Assembly: GCA_017003895.1 (NCBI GenBank)
Contig: GCA_017003895.1_4520.1
DNA: 64,000 bases
Reading direction: 5' to 3' (one strand)
Origin: a phage
Position 1 is the first letter of the stretch. Every line of letters starts with the position of its first letter. Under the pieces are notes generated by a model, which made no database searches, had not been told where the DNA came from, and saw only the letters and a list, made by a program, of their open reading frames with translations. Positions 40,248 through 51,042 of the stretch are shown piece after piece. Position numbers and translations under genes: made by a program.

Positions 40248-43200
40248 ATGGTTGACATCAAACGTAAGTTCAGGGCCGAAGATGGTCTTGATGCAGGCGG
40301 TGATAAGATAGTTAACGTTGCGCTTGCCGACCGCACAGTTGGCACCGATGGCGTGAACGTTGACTTTTTGGTGCAAGAAAACACCGTACAGAATTATGAC
40401 GATACGCGCGCGTATACAAAAGATTTTATTGTTCTTTATAATAATCGTTTTTATCAAGCTTTAAGCGATATTCCAGCTCCGGCAGGCCCTTTCTCTTTGG
40501 TTAAATGGAAGGCAACTCGTGCAGATGCAGAATGGATTACAGTTCAAGGCGGAGATTTCCAATTATCAGTAGGTAACTCTATTGCGGTTGATACTTCAGC
40601 TGGCACTGATATTAATTTCACTTTGCCTCAAAATCCTTTAGATGGCGATACAGTTATTTTGTCTGATATTGGTGGTAGAGTAGGCTATGTAAAAGTTCAA
40701 ATTACTGCAGCGGCTCAAAGTATTGTAAACTTTAGAGGACAACAGGTTCGTTCAGTTTTAATGACGCACCCAAAATCTAAAATGGTCTTCATTTTTAGCA
40801 ACCGCCTATGGCAAATGTATGTTTCTGATTACGAACGTAATGCAGTCACAGTAACTCCTGCTACGCCATATCAAGCACAACCTAATGATTTTATCATTCG
40901 ACGTTTTACATCAGCCGCTCCTATTAATATTACATTGCCTCGTAATGCTAATAATGGCGATATTATTAATTTAGTGGATTTAGACAAATTAAACCCATTA
41001 TATCACACAATTGTCAAAACTTACGATGATACAACTTCTATACGAGAAGCTGGTGTTCATGTAGCAGAAGGACGTAATTTTGCTGATGCTCTTTTTATTT
41101 TTGATGCAGCATCTAGTTTGTGGAGAGTTTGGGAAGGTGACCAGAAATCTCGTTTACGTATAGTTCGTAATGATACTGATTTACGCCCTAATGAAGAAGT
41201 TCTTGTTTTTGGAACTGATAATAATACAATCTCGACCGTAAATCTTACTTTGCCTACAGATATTTTGTCTGGCGATACTGTTAAAATATCGTTGAATTAT
41301 ATGCGTAAAGGGCAAACTGTAAAAATTAAAGCTGCTGAAGGCGATACAATTGCTAGCAGTATTTCTTTATTACAGTTCCCAAAACGTTCGGAGTATCCAC
41401 CTGATGCACAATGGGTTTCTGTTAGTGAGCTGGAATTTAATGGCGATACTTCGTATGTACCTGTACTTGAGCTAGCTTATATAGAAGATTATTCATCTGA
41501 AACAAAATATTGGGTAGTTCAACAAAACACCGTAACCGTCGAACGAGTCGATGCATCGAGCAATACAACTCGAGCTCGTTTAGGTGTTATTGCTCTTGCT
41601 TCTCAAGCGCAAGCAAATGTTGATTTAGAAAATGCTCCTGGTAAAGAACTGGCTATTACTCCGGAAACATTAGCAAATCGTACAGCAACTGAAACTCGTC
41701 GTGGTATTGCTCGTATTGCAACAACTGCACAAGTTAACCAGAATACCGATTTTGCATTCCAAGACGACTTGATTATTTCTCCTAAGAAATTGAACGAACG
41801 TACAGCAACTGAAACCCGTAGAGGTGTTGCTGAAGTTGCAACTCAGGCTGAAACTAATGCTGGAACAGATGATACCACTATTATTACTCCTAAGAAATTG
41901 GATGCCCGTCAAGGTTCTGAAGTTTTATCTGGTATTGTAAAATACACATCTACGACTGGTACTACAGCTGCTACTATTCGCGGTAATGCTGGGACTAACG
42001 TTTATAACAAAGCCGTAGATAATTTAACTATTTCTCCAAAGGCCCTTGACCAATATAAAGCTACCCCTACTCAGCAGGGTGCAGTAATTCTTGCTATTGA
42101 AAGCGAAGTTATCGCTGGCGAATCACAAGCTGGTTGGGCTAATGCTGTAGTGACCCCTGAAACTCTGCATAAGAAAACTTCTACTGATGGACGTATTGGT
42201 TTAATTGAAATTGCTACGCAAGCAGAAACTAACACTGGAACTGATTATACTAGAGCAGTAACGCCTAAGACGTTAAATGATAGGAAAGCTACGGAAGGAT
42301 TATCTGGCATAGCCGAAATTGCTACGCAAGTTGAATTTGATACTGGAACTGACGATACTCGTATCTCGTCTCCACTGAAAATTAAAACTCATTTTGATTC
42401 TTCTGACCGTACCAGTGTTAATTCTGATTCCGGACTTATTGAAGAAGGAACCTTGTGGAACCATTATACTCTTGATATTTCTAAAGCAAATGAAACACAA
42501 CGTGGTACACTTCGTGTAGCGACCCAGGCAGAATCTAATGCAGGAACTTTAGATGATGTTCTTATTACTCCTAAAAAGCTTTTAGGTACTAAGTCCACTG
42601 AAACGTCTGAAGGCGTAATTAAGGTTGCTACTCAGGCTGAAACTGTAACAGGAACTTCTGCTAATACTGCTGTATCACCTAAGAATTTAAAATGGATTGT
42701 TCAATCAGAACCATCATGGACTGCTACTACGGCAATTCGTGGATTCGTTAAAACTTCATCTGGTTCTATTACATTTGTTGGTAATGATACAGTTGGTTCA
42801 ACACAATCTTTAGAATCATATGAGAAAAATAGCTATGCGGTATCACCATATGAATTAAACCGTGTACTTGCTAACTACTTGCCGTTGAAAGCTAAAGCAG
42901 CTGATAGTAATTTGTTAGATGGTCTAGATTCTCTTCAGTTCATCCGTAGAGACATCGACCAGACGGTTAATGGTTCTTTAAGTCTTACTAAACAGACCAA
43001 CCTGAGTGCTCCTTTAGTATCTACAAGCACTGCTTCTTTTGGTTCCGAAGCATCTGTTACTCGTAGATTAACTCTTAATGATTCTAGCGGTTCCGAAATA
43101 ATTTTCACTAAAGGAACCCAATCTCTTAGTAATAAAGAGAATTTCGTTGTTAGAGCATGGGGTAATAGCGCTACAGATGGTGCCCGCGATACAGTATTTG

Positions 43201-44081
43201 AAGCTGGTGACGAAACCGGATACCATTTCTATTCTCAGCGCGCTGCTGATAATAGAGTATCATTTAATATTAATGGAACACTTTATTCAACAGGTATTGT
43301 TTCTACAAATGGATTAAATGTTACAGGTGTTTCTACCTTTACAGGGCCTATTAGTGCTACAGGCGAAATTGTTTCTAGTTCTCCTATTGCATTCAGAGCT
43401 ATTAATGGTAACTATGGTGTTATGCTTTATAATGCTGGTAACAGTTCTTATATTGCATTAACTAACTCAGGTGACCAGACCGGGACGTTTAATAACTTAC
43501 GCCCGATCACGATTAACAACGCCACAGGCTTAGTTCGTCTTGACAATGGTGTTCAAATCACAAGTGGTGCAACAATAACTACCGGTGGGTTAAATGTAAA
43601 TAACAGAATTATTTCTAACGGCGTTAAAACTGCCACTGTTTATACCGATAAACCAACAGCTTCTACTGTAGGTTTTTGGTCTATTGACATTAACGATTCT
43701 GCTGTATATAGCCAATTCCCTGGATACTGGACGCGTGATAACAAAGGTAACCGTGACCAAGAAATTAAATATCCTGGTACTTTGACTCAATTCGGCAATA
43801 GCTTAGATTCGCTTTATCAGGATTGGATTTGTTATCCTACAGGTGCAAATGGCGGTAGCATTCGATATACTCGTACCTGGCAGAAAAATAAAGATGCTTG
43901 GACTTCATTTGCAATGGTATTTGATAGTGGCAACCCACCTTCACCTAGCGATGTCGGTGCTATCCCGTCTGATAATGCTGTTATTGGAAACCTTACTATT
44001 CGAGACTTCTTACAATTAGGAAATGTGAGAATTGTTCCAGACCCGGTTAACAAAACCGTTAAATTTATATGGGTTGAATAA
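40248..44081 (+). CDS. 34: long tail fiber proximal subunit gp34
   Basis: 1277 aa; internal fibre repeats (…TPKKL…, …IATQAETN…); late promoter upstream. Confidence 0.85.
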   Translation: MVDIKRKFRAEDGLDAGGDKIVNVALADRTVGTDGVNVDFLVQENTVQNYDDTRAYTKDFIVLYNNRFYQALSDIPAPAGPFSLVKWKATRADAEWITVQGGDFQLSVGNSIAVDTSAGTDINFTLPQNPLDGDTVILSDIGGRVGYVKVQITAAAQSIVNFRGQQVRSVLMTHPKSKMVFIFSNRLWQMYVSDYERNAVTVTPATPYQAQPNDFIIRRFTSAAPINITLPRNANNGDIINLVDLDKLNPLYHTIVKTYDDTTSIREAGVHVAEGRNFADALFIFDAASSLWRVWEGDQKSRLRIVRNDTDLRPNEEVLVFGTDNNTISTVNLTLPTDILSGDTVKISLNYMRKGQTVKIKAAEGDTIASSISLLQFPKRSEYPPDAQWVSVSELEFNGDTSYVPVLELAYIEDYSSETKYWVVQQNTVTVERVDASSNTTRARLGVIALASQAQANVDLENAPGKELAITPETLANRTATETRRGIARIATTAQVNQNTDFAFQDDLIISPKKLNERTATETRRGVAEVATQAETNAGTDDTTIITPKKLDARQGSEVLSGIVKYTSTTGTTAATIRGNAGTNVYNKAVDNLTISPKALDQYKATPTQQGAVILAIESEVIAGESQAGWANAVVTPETLHKKTSTDGRIGLIEIATQAETNTGTDYTRAVTPKTLNDRKATEGLSGIAEIATQVEFDTGTDDTRISSPLKIKTHFDSSDRTSVNSDSGLIEEGTLWNHYTLDISKANETQRGTLRVATQAESNAGTLDDVLITPKKLLGTKSTETSEGVIKVATQAETVTGTSANTAVSPKNLKWIVQSEPSWTATTAIRGFVKTSSGSITFVGNDTVGSTQSLESYEKNSYAVSPYELNRVLANYLPLKAKAADSNLLDGLDSLQFIRRDIDQTVNGSLSLTKQTNLSAPLVSTSTASFGSEASVTRRLTLNDSSGSEIIFTKGTQSLSNKENFVVRAWGNSATDGARDTVFEAGDETGYHFYSQRAADNRVSFNINGTLYSTGIVSTNGLNVTGVSTFTGPISATGEIVSSSPIAFRAINGNYGVMLYNAGNSSYIALTNSGDQTGTFNNLRPITINNATGLVRLDNGVQITSGATITTGGLNVNNRIISNGVKTATVYTDKPTASTVGFWSIDINDSAVYSQFPGYWTRDNKGNRDQEIKYPGTLTQFGNSLDSLYQDWICYPTGANGGSIRYTRTWQKNKDAWTSFAMVFDSGNPPSPSDVGAIPSDNAVIGNLTIRDFLQLGNVRIVPDPVNKTVKFIWVE

Positions 44082-44089
44082 GAGGTTAT

Positions 44090-45214
44090 ATGGAAAAATT
44101 TATGGCAAGGTTTGGACAGGGATACGTCCAAACGCCGTTTTTATCGGAAAGCAATTCAGTTAGATTTAAGCTAAGTATAGCGGGCTCATGCCCGCTTTCA
44201 ACAACTAATCCGTATATTTTGTTCCAAAACGAGCCTTTAGGGTTGCAGTCTTTTGGTATTGGACTAAATGTTAGGGTGATAAATCCGGAAAATGGAACTA
44301 TAGTTGATAGTAAATTATACAATTTTGCGCCTACAAATAATGCAACTTCAGCTGCATTTATTTCGTTTGTTAATACGTACGCAGATAATTTCATTTTCGC
44401 ATTTATTTCTAATAACAAATTTAATTTGCCACCAGAAATAATTGAATGGTTTAAAGCTGCTGGGAGTTCAGTTATACCGTCAATTGAAGTTGCTAGTCTT
44501 GTTGATATTTCATATTCGGCGTTTTATGTTTCAGGTAAAAATACTATTGCATTAGAACACATAAAATACAGTAATAAGAAAACAATTTCTGATTACGCAA
44601 CTCCATTAGATATTGTATATGACTCTATTGCTGATATAGGTGCTACCGGCTATCCTAGACGTACATATGAAGCTCTAGAAACGTTTTTATCTCCTGTTGG
44701 AGGAACTAACAATGAAATAAAAAGGATGCCTACATCATCCCTTGTTACTCCTATCGCAAACTATGGATTAAAGCCTACAGATTTTCTCTATTTGAAATTT
44801 CAATTAATGGCTGATGAAGAATTATTAGAGGAAGGAACCACAAGACTTTCAATTCGTTTCTTTAAGTCTCCATCTAGCTCTCCTATATCATCTAAAGATA
44901 TAAACTTTGATGGAACTGCCCGGGAGTGGAAGCTATATGAAGAATACGTTGAAATACCAGCTGAAGCTGATGGCTTTACAGTATATTGTTACCGTACGGC
45001 CTCAGCCGGTCAAGGTGGACTAAGAAATGTTATTTTCACTGAAGTATCATGTAACGGAAGTATAGCAAAACCCGCTGAGTTTGGTATAAACGGTATTCGT
45101 GTTAATTACATTGATGAATCGTTAACAGGTAATGATATAATGGACTTGCCTACTCAGTTATCTAACGACACAGGTAAGGTATTTGGGCAGGAATTTAAAG
45201 AGTACACAGAATAA
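44090..45214 (+). CDS. 35: long tail fiber hinge protein gp35
   Basis: 374 aa (T4 gp35 ~372); synteny 34-35-36-37. Confidence 0.75.
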   Translation: MEKFMARFGQGYVQTPFLSESNSVRFKLSIAGSCPLSTTNPYILFQNEPLGLQSFGIGLNVRVINPENGTIVDSKLYNFAPTNNATSAAFISFVNTYADNFIFAFISNNKFNLPPEIIEWFKAAGSSVIPSIEVASLVDISYSAFYVSGKNTIALEHIKYSNKKTISDYATPLDIVYDSIADIGATGYPRRTYEALETFLSPVGGTNNEIKRMPTSSLVTPIANYGLKPTDFLYLKFQLMADEELLEEGTTRLSIRFFKSPSSSPISSKDINFDGTAREWKLYEEYVEIPAEADGFTVYCYRTASAGQGGLRNVIFTEVSCNGSIAKPAEFGINGIRVNYIDESLTGNDIMDLPTQLSNDTGKVFGQEFKEYTE

Positions 45215-45215
45215 A

Positions 45216-45235
45216 GGAGACTTCGGTCTCCTTTT
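45216..45235 (+). terminator. rho-independent terminator after gene 35
   Basis: GGAGAC ttcg GTCTCC followed by TTTT, 2 nt after the gene 35 stop. Confidence 0.65.
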
Positions 45236-45239
45236 CGCG

Positions 45240-45247
45240 TATAAATA
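45240..45247 (+). promoter_or_regulatory. late promoter (TATAAATA) for gene 36/37
   Basis: Exact TATAAATA 26 nt upstream of the gene 36 ATG. Confidence 0.6.
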
Positions 45248-45273
45248 CTTTAATATTAATAAGGAGACACGAA

Positions 45274-45930
45274 ATGGCCGATTTAAAAGCCGGAAGTACA
45301 GTTGGTGGTTCCGTCATATGGCATCAAGGCAATTTTCCTTTAATGCCAGCTGGCGATGACATCCTATATAAAACATTTAAATTATACACCGAATATAACA
45401 AGCCAAAAGCGGCTGATAACGATTTCGTATCTAAAGCAAATGGTGGGACATATCTCAAAAAGGTAATCTTTAACGAAGGTATTGCAGTCAAAACAGCAGA
45501 TGACCAAACGAATGGTATTTTTTCTGGTGGTGGTGACGCCGCGACATTCGACCAAACAAACATGGATATTGTTTCGTGGTACGGTGTTGGGTTTAAATCA
45601 TCTCAAGGTACAGGTGAAAGAACTGTTGTAATTGATACTCACACCGGTAATATAAGTTCTAAAGGTGTTATTGAAGCATCTCAATTCAGAGCCACAACGT
45701 TAGCACCTTTAAATAATTACGACCTTACTCGCAAAGATTATGTTGATAGTCAAATAAATACAGTTAATGCTAATGCAAACAGTCGTGTACTCCGTTCAGG
45801 AGATACGATGACCGGCGCGCTAACCGCCCCAAACTTTTTCTCACAGAATCCTGCATCTCAACCCTCGCATGTTCCACGATTTGACCAAATTGTTATTAAG
45901 GATTCTGTTCAAGATTTCGGCTATTATTAA
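45274..45930 (+). CDS. 36: long tail fiber distal connector gp36
   Basis: 218 aa (T4 gp36 ~221); late promoter at 45240-45247. Confidence 0.75.
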   Translation: MADLKAGSTVGGSVIWHQGNFPLMPAGDDILYKTFKLYTEYNKPKAADNDFVSKANGGTYLKKVIFNEGIAVKTADDQTNGIFSGGGDAATFDQTNMDIVSWYGVGFKSSQGTGERTVVIDTHTGNISSKGVIEASQFRATTLAPLNNYDLTRKDYVDSQINTVNANANSRVLRSGDTMTGALTAPNFFSQNPASQPSHVPRFDQIVIKDSVQDFGYY

Positions 45931-45938
45931 GAGGACTT

Positions 45939-48900
45939 ATGGCTACTTTAAAACAAATACAATTTAAAAGAAGCAAAACTGCAGGAGCACGTCCTGCCGC
46001 TTCAGTATTAGCCGAAGGTGAATTGGCTATAAACTTAAAAGACCGTGTGCTTTTTACTAAAGATGACCAAGGAAATATTATTGATCTGGGTTTTGCTAAA
46101 GGTGGTAGCATTGACGGGAATGTTATTCATACTGGCAATTATAACCAAACTGGCGATTATACTTTAAATGGCACCTTCACTCAAATTGGCGATTTCAATC
46201 TCAAGGGTATTGCTCGCGTAACTCGTGATATTATTGCTGCGGGTCAGATAATGACCCATGGTGGCGAACTTATTACAAAAAGTTCAGGTACAGCACATGT
46301 TCGTTTTCATGATTCAGCTGACCGTGAACGTGGAATCATTTTTTCTCCTGCTAATGATGGATTAACTACACAAGTTCTTAATATTAGAGTTCAAGATTAC
46401 AAAGCTGGTTCAGAAAGCACTTTCGCTTTTAATGGAAATGGTTTGTTTTCTTCACCAGAAGTTTTTGGGTGGAAATCTGTATCAACTCCGGTAATTTATA
46501 CCAATAAAGTTATCACCAATAAAAAAGTTAAAGATGATTATGACATCTATTCGATGGCAGACAATGTTCCATTGTCTGAAAGCACTACTGCTATTAATCA
46601 TCTCCGTGTTATGCGCAATGCTGTAGGCGCTGGTGTATTCCATGAAGTTAAAGATAATGATGGAATAACTTGGTATACCGGAGATGGCTTAGACACTTAT
46701 CTTTGGTCGTTTACCTGGTCCGGTGGATTGAAAGCAGGCCATTCTATTTCTGTTGGTACTCCTGGTGGCAATAAAGGATACTCTGAATTAGGGACTGCTT
46801 CAATTTCTCTTGGTGATAATGATACTGGATTTAAATGGCATCAGGATGGATATTTCCATACAGTAAACAACGGAACAAGAACTTTCATTTACGGTCCTGC
46901 GGAAACACAAAGCCTTAGAAAAATGGTTATGGGTTATTCTCCGGATGGTGTTCTTATGACAACGCCACCGACAGAAAACTATGCTTTGGCTACTGTTGTT
47001 ACTTACCATGATAATAATGCATACGGCGATGGTCAAACACTTTTAGGATATTATCAAGGTGGTAATTACCACCACTATTTCCGTGGTAAAGGCACTACAA
47101 ATATTAACACTGCAGGCGGATTGTTAGTTACTCCAGGCAATATTGACGTTATTGGTGGTTCTGTTAATATCGATGGTAGAAATAATTCTTCTACGCTGAT
47201 GTTTAGAGGTAACACAACAGGATACAGCTCAGTTGATAATATGGATATTAAAGTTTGGGGTAATACGTTTGTTGATCCAAGCGGAGGTATCCGTAAAAAC
47301 ATTATGGAAATTTCTGATGCAACTAGCTGGATGAGCTATATTCAAAGACTTACTACTGGCGAAGTAGAAATGAACGTTAATGGTTCATTTGAATCATCTG
47401 GTGTTACTGCTGGAGATAGAGGAGTTCACACAACAGGTGAAATTTCATCTGGAGCAGTGAATGCTCTTCGTATTTGGAACGCAGATTATGGAGCCATTTT
47501 TAGACGTTCAGAAGGAAGTCTTCATATTATTCCAACTGCTTATGGCGAAGGCAAAGATGGCGATATCGGTCCACTTCGCCCATTTAGTATGGCTTTAGAT
47601 ACTGGTAAAGTTACTATTCCAGATTTACAATCAAGTTACAATACGTTCGCTGCTAACGGTTATATTAAATTTGTTGGTCACGGAGCGGGTGCCGGCGGTT
47701 ATGACATTCAATATGCTCAAGCGGCTCCTATTTTCCAGGAAATTGATGATGATGCTGTAAGCAAATATTATCCTATTGTTAAACAGAAGTTTTTAAACGG
47801 TAAATCTGTTTGGTCTTTAGGTACCGAAATTGAATCAGGTACATTCGTTATTCATCATCTGAAAGAAGATGGTTCACAAGGCCATACATCAAGATTTAAT
47901 ATGGATGGTACAGTTAATTTCCCTGATAATGTTCTGGTCGGTGGTGGTGAAGCTGCTATTGCTCGTAATGGTAATATTTTCTCGGATATTTGGAAAACGT
48001 TTACTTCTGCAGGCGACGTAACTAATATTCGCGATGCAATAGCTACTCGTGTTGCCAAAGAAGGTGATACGATGACCGGCACTCTTTGGATTAATAAAGA
48101 TGCTGCTGGAATAGTTCTTAATCCTCCTTTGGCCAGTGATTCATCATTTATTCGTTCCGATACGGCCGGGGTCAATAATTGGTATATTGGTAAAGGCGGT
48201 GCCGACAACGGTCTAGGTTTTTACAGTTATGTTACACAAGGCGGTGTATATATAACAAATAACGGAGAAATATCACTTTCTCCTCAAGGCCAAGGAACAT
48301 TTAATTTTAATAGAGACCGCCTCCATATAAACGGTACACAATGGACCGCACACCAGGGAGGTGGTTGGGGAAATCAATGGAATCAAGAAGCACCGGTATT
48401 TGTAGATTTTGGTAATGTTGGTAATGATAGTTATTATCCTATTATTAAAGGAAAATCCGGTATTACTAATGAAGGATACATATCTGGTGTAGATTTTGGT
48501 ATGCGACGCATTACTAATACATGGGCACAAGGTATTATTCGTGTAGGTAATCAGGAAAACGGTTACGACCCACAAGCTGTATATGAATTCCATCATAACG
48601 GTACTTTTTATGCTCCAAGCTTACTTAAGAGCAGTAGAGTATCAGCTGGTGGTGGTGACCCTGCATGGGGCGGGCCGTGTATTGTACTTGGAGATAACGA
48701 CACCGGTTTGCTTTGGGAAAACGATGGTATTTTCAACGCATATGCAAACGGCCAAGGTGTGTTTAGTTTTAGACCTGGTTTAGCTCAGACATTCGGTGAT
48801 GTTAACTTCCACTGTAATGCAGGTATGTATGTTCGTGATAACATTGATGTTAACGACGTTTATATTCGTTCTGATATTCGTTGTAAGTCGGAAATTAAGC

Positions 48901-49190
48901 TTATTAAGAACGCTCAAGAGAAATCTAAACTATTGGGCGGTTATACTTATCTGCTTAAAAACTCTGTTACAGACGAAGTTAAACCGTCCGCAGGTTTAAT
49001 TGCTCAGGAAGTTCAAGAAGTATTACCTGAACTTGTTTCTGAAGATAAAGAGACCGGACTGCTTCGTTTGAACTATAACGGTATTATTGGTTTAAATATA
49101 GCTACAATCAACGAGCATACTGACGAAATCAAGGAATTGAAATCTGAAATTGCTGAATTGAAAGCATTAATTAAATCATTGATAAAATAA
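45939..49190 (+). CDS. 37: long tail fiber distal subunit gp37 with C-terminal chaperone-like domain
   Basis: 1083 aa; Gly-rich fibre body; C-terminal ~110 aa (…SDIRCKSEIKLIKN…LIAQEVQEVLPELV…) with terminal coiled-coil resembles a self-cleaving intramolecular chaperone. Confidence 0.85.
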   Translation: MATLKQIQFKRSKTAGARPAASVLAEGELAINLKDRVLFTKDDQGNIIDLGFAKGGSIDGNVIHTGNYNQTGDYTLNGTFTQIGDFNLKGIARVTRDIIAAGQIMTHGGELITKSSGTAHVRFHDSADRERGIIFSPANDGLTTQVLNIRVQDYKAGSESTFAFNGNGLFSSPEVFGWKSVSTPVIYTNKVITNKKVKDDYDIYSMADNVPLSESTTAINHLRVMRNAVGAGVFHEVKDNDGITWYTGDGLDTYLWSFTWSGGLKAGHSISVGTPGGNKGYSELGTASISLGDNDTGFKWHQDGYFHTVNNGTRTFIYGPAETQSLRKMVMGYSPDGVLMTTPPTENYALATVVTYHDNNAYGDGQTLLGYYQGGNYHHYFRGKGTTNINTAGGLLVTPGNIDVIGGSVNIDGRNNSSTLMFRGNTTGYSSVDNMDIKVWGNTFVDPSGGIRKNIMEISDATSWMSYIQRLTTGEVEMNVNGSFESSGVTAGDRGVHTTGEISSGAVNALRIWNADYGAIFRRSEGSLHIIPTAYGEGKDGDIGPLRPFSMALDTGKVTIPDLQSSYNTFAANGYIKFVGHGAGAGGYDIQYAQAAPIFQEIDDDAVSKYYPIVKQKFLNGKSVWSLGTEIESGTFVIHHLKEDGSQGHTSRFNMDGTVNFPDNVLVGGGEAAIARNGNIFSDIWKTFTSAGDVTNIRDAIATRVAKEGDTMTGTLWINKDAAGIVLNPPLASDSSFIRSDTAGVNNWYIGKGGADNGLGFYSYVTQGGVYITNNGEISLSPQGQGTFNFNRDRLHINGTQWTAHQGGGWGNQWNQEAPVFVDFGNVGNDSYYPIIKGKSGITNEGYISGVDFGMRRITNTWAQGIIRVGNQENGYDPQAVYEFHHNGTFYAPSLLKSSRVSAGGGDPAWGGPCIVLGDNDTGLLWENDGIFNAYANGQGVFSFRPGLAQTFGDVNFHCNAGMYVRDNIDVNDVYIRSDIRCKSEIKLIKNAQEKSKLLGGYTYLLKNSVTDEVKPSAGLIAQEVQEVLPELVSEDKETGLLRLNYNGIIGLNIATINEHTDEIKELKSEIAELKALIKSLIK

Positions 49191-49195
49191 TAAAA

Positions 49196-49209
49196 GGGCC
49201 TTCGGGCCC
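49196..49209 (+). promoter_or_regulatory. stem-loop between genes 37 and 38 (no U-tract)
   Basis: GGGCC ttcg GGCCC directly followed by the gene 38 RBS (tGGAGGtttatATG); no T-run, so not a classic terminator. Confidence 0.4.
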
Positions 49210-49220
49210 TGGAGGTTTAT

Positions 49221-50000
49221 ATGGCAGTAGTAGGAATTCCTGGTTGGATTGGGACTTCAGCCGTCGCTGAAACCGGGCAAAGATGGATGTCGGCCGCTTC
49301 TAGAGAATTGCGTCTTGGTAACCCATCCTGGATGTCACAATTTGCTGGACGCTCAAGAGAAATTATTCATACACTTGGAGCAGACCATAACTTCAATGGT
49401 CAATGGTTCCGAGATAGATGTTTTGAGGCAGGTAGTGCACCTATAGTGTTTAATATCACCGGAAATTTGGTATCATATAGTAAAGATGTTCCATTATTCT
49501 TTATGTATGGCGATACGCCAAATGAATATGTTACTTTGAATATTCATGGTGGGGTTCATATGTGGGGACGAGGTGGTAACGGTACTGTAAACGGAAACCC
49601 AGGCACAAATGGCGGTGATGTAATCCAAAATGATATCGGCGGAAGACTTCGTATTTGGAACTATGGCGTTATTGCATCAGGTGGTGGTGGTGGTGGTGCA
49701 GTGTCATTACAGAATAGCTGGGCGCCAAATGCTACAGCAGGTGGCGGTGGCGGCAGACCATTTGGCCTCGGCGGCGGTGGCGTTAATTGGCCTGGCGGTA
49801 ATGCTAGTTATGACGCCCCGGGCGGTGCCGGTTACACTTCCCAATTCGGCGGAGGCAATGGCGGTGATGCTGGAGGTCGGGGCGGAGATGGATGGGGTAA
49901 TCACTTATCTAGATCTGGCGGTGGTGCTCCTGGCAGAGCAGTATTCGGAAGTTCACCGTCATGGGGTGCTACAGGCACAATCTACGGCTCCTGGATTTAA
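49221..50000 (+). CDS. 38: tail fiber adhesin gp38 with glycine-rich motifs
   Basis: 259 aa; conserved N-terminal part and C-terminal poly-Gly blocks (GGGGGGA…[14 protein letters not shown]…) as in T2-type gp38. Confidence 0.75.
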   Translation: MAVVGIPGWIGTSAVAETGQRWMSAASRELRLGNPSWMSQFAGRSREIIHTLGADHNFNGQWFRDRCFEAGSAPIVFNITGNLVSYSKDVPLFFMYGDTPNEYVTLNIHGGVHMWGRGGNGTVNGNPGTNGGDVIQNDIGGRLRIWNYGVIASGGGGGGAVSLQNSWAPNATAGGGGGRPFGLGGGGVNWPGGNASYDAPGGAGYTSQFGGGNGGDAGGRGGDGWGNHLSRSGGGAPGRAVFGSSPSWGATGTIYGSWI

Positions 50001-50018
50001 ACGATAATACCTCTCAAT

Positions 50019-50026
50019 TATAAATA
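50019..50026 (+). promoter_or_regulatory. late promoter (TATAAATA) for holin t
   Basis: Exact TATAAATA 19 nt upstream of the preferred t start codon. Confidence 0.55.
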
Positions 50027-50045
50027 TTGATAAATGGGAGGTAAT

Positions 50046-50705
50046 ATGGCAGCACCAAAAGTATCATTTTCGCCTAGTGATATTTTATTTGGGTTGCTAG
50101 ACCGCATTTTCAAAGATAACGCCTCTGGAAATATTCTTATTTCAAGAGTTGCTGTTGTAGTTCTTTTGTTCCTAATGGCACTAATATGGTACAAAGGGAA
50201 TATTTTTATGGATTATTACGTGAGGTCGAAATATGATACTTACACAGAAGTAATTCAAAAAGAAAGAAATACACGATTTGAATCTGCGGCTTTAGAACAA
50301 CTACAAATAGTCCATGTCACATCAAGGGCGGATTTTAGTTCGGTGTATTCTTTCAGACCTAAAAATCTAAATTATTTCGTCGACCTTATTGCGTATGAAG
50401 GTAAGTTACCTAGCACAGTAACTGAAAAATCTATGGGAGGATTTCCTGTTGATAAAACGACAGCAGAATATTCGGTCCATTTAAGTGGACTTCACTTTAC
50501 TTCTAAAACAGATTTTGCTTTCTTACCAACCAAATCAAAAACTCCGGAACTGGCGTATATGTATAGTTGTCCTTACTTCAATTTAGATAACATATATGCG
50601 GGAACTGTTTCTATGTATTGGTATAAGGGGTCGGATGTGTTAAATGAAGAACGCTTGGCTGCAATATGCAACCAAGCAGCAAGGATATTAGGGCGGGCTA
50701 AATAA
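50046..50705 (+). CDS. t: holin T
   Basis: 219 aa from the second ATG (MAAPKVSFSPSDILFG…; GGGAGG RBS at 50035-50040); single N-terminal TM segment and large periplasmic domain. Confidence 0.85.
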   Translation: MAAPKVSFSPSDILFGLLDRIFKDNASGNILISRVAVVVLLFLMALIWYKGNIFMDYYVRSKYDTYTEVIQKERNTRFESAALEQLQIVHVTSRADFSSVYSFRPKNLNYFVDLIAYEGKLPSTVTEKSMGGFPVDKTTAEYSVHLSGLHFTSKTDFAFLPTKSKTPELAYMYSCPYFNLDNIYAGTVSMYWYKGSDVLNEERLAAICNQAARILGRAK

Positions 50706-50978
50706 TTAGTTGTTAGAATACATCGTCAAATGGCGATAAATATTTTCAAAACCTTCATTGAATTCACTAATCAGTGTTTTCTTTTCTTCGGCAGTTAAAT
50801 TTGTAATTAGTTTTCTGAACGAATTCTGATTTAGCTGCCGACCATCTTTTTTAATTCCAATCTCATTCAAGAATCCGATGAAATTTGCTCGGTCTTCAAC
50901 AATATCTTCCCTAGAGAATTTAATCAAAATAGAAGCAATAGTAATAATTTCACGTACGATTTCAATGTCTTTATTCAT
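50706..50978 (-). CDS. asiA: anti-sigma70 protein AsiA
   Basis: 90 aa; MNKDIEIVREIITIASILIKFSREDIVEDRANFIGFLNEIG… near-identical to T4 AsiA as recalled. Confidence 0.85.
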   Translation of the reverse strand: MNKDIEIVREIITIASILIKFSREDIVEDRANFIGFLNEIGIKKDGRQLNQNSFRKLITNLTAEEKKTLISEFNEGFENIYRHLTMYSNN

Positions 50979-51012
50979 AACGTTTTATTCATTCCACTTA
51001 GTTGATATGGAT

Positions 51013-51042
51013 ATAGTACCATTATCAGTGTTGATTGTAAAC
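51013..51042 (-). promoter_or_regulatory. early promoter for asiA
   Basis: GTTTAC (rc 51037-51042), 18 nt, TACTAT (rc 51013-51018). Confidence 0.45.

Noticed and set aside
49630-50007. Alternative-frame ORFs (49630..50007 +, 49707..49904 -) inside gene 38
   Set aside because: These are artefacts of the GGN-rich repeats encoding the glycine blocks, which read open in several frames
50034-50045. First ATG of the holin track ORF (MGGN…)
   Set aside because: This ATG lies inside the GGGAGG ribosome-binding site; the second ATG gives the T4-like N-terminus MAAPKVSFSP and correct spacing
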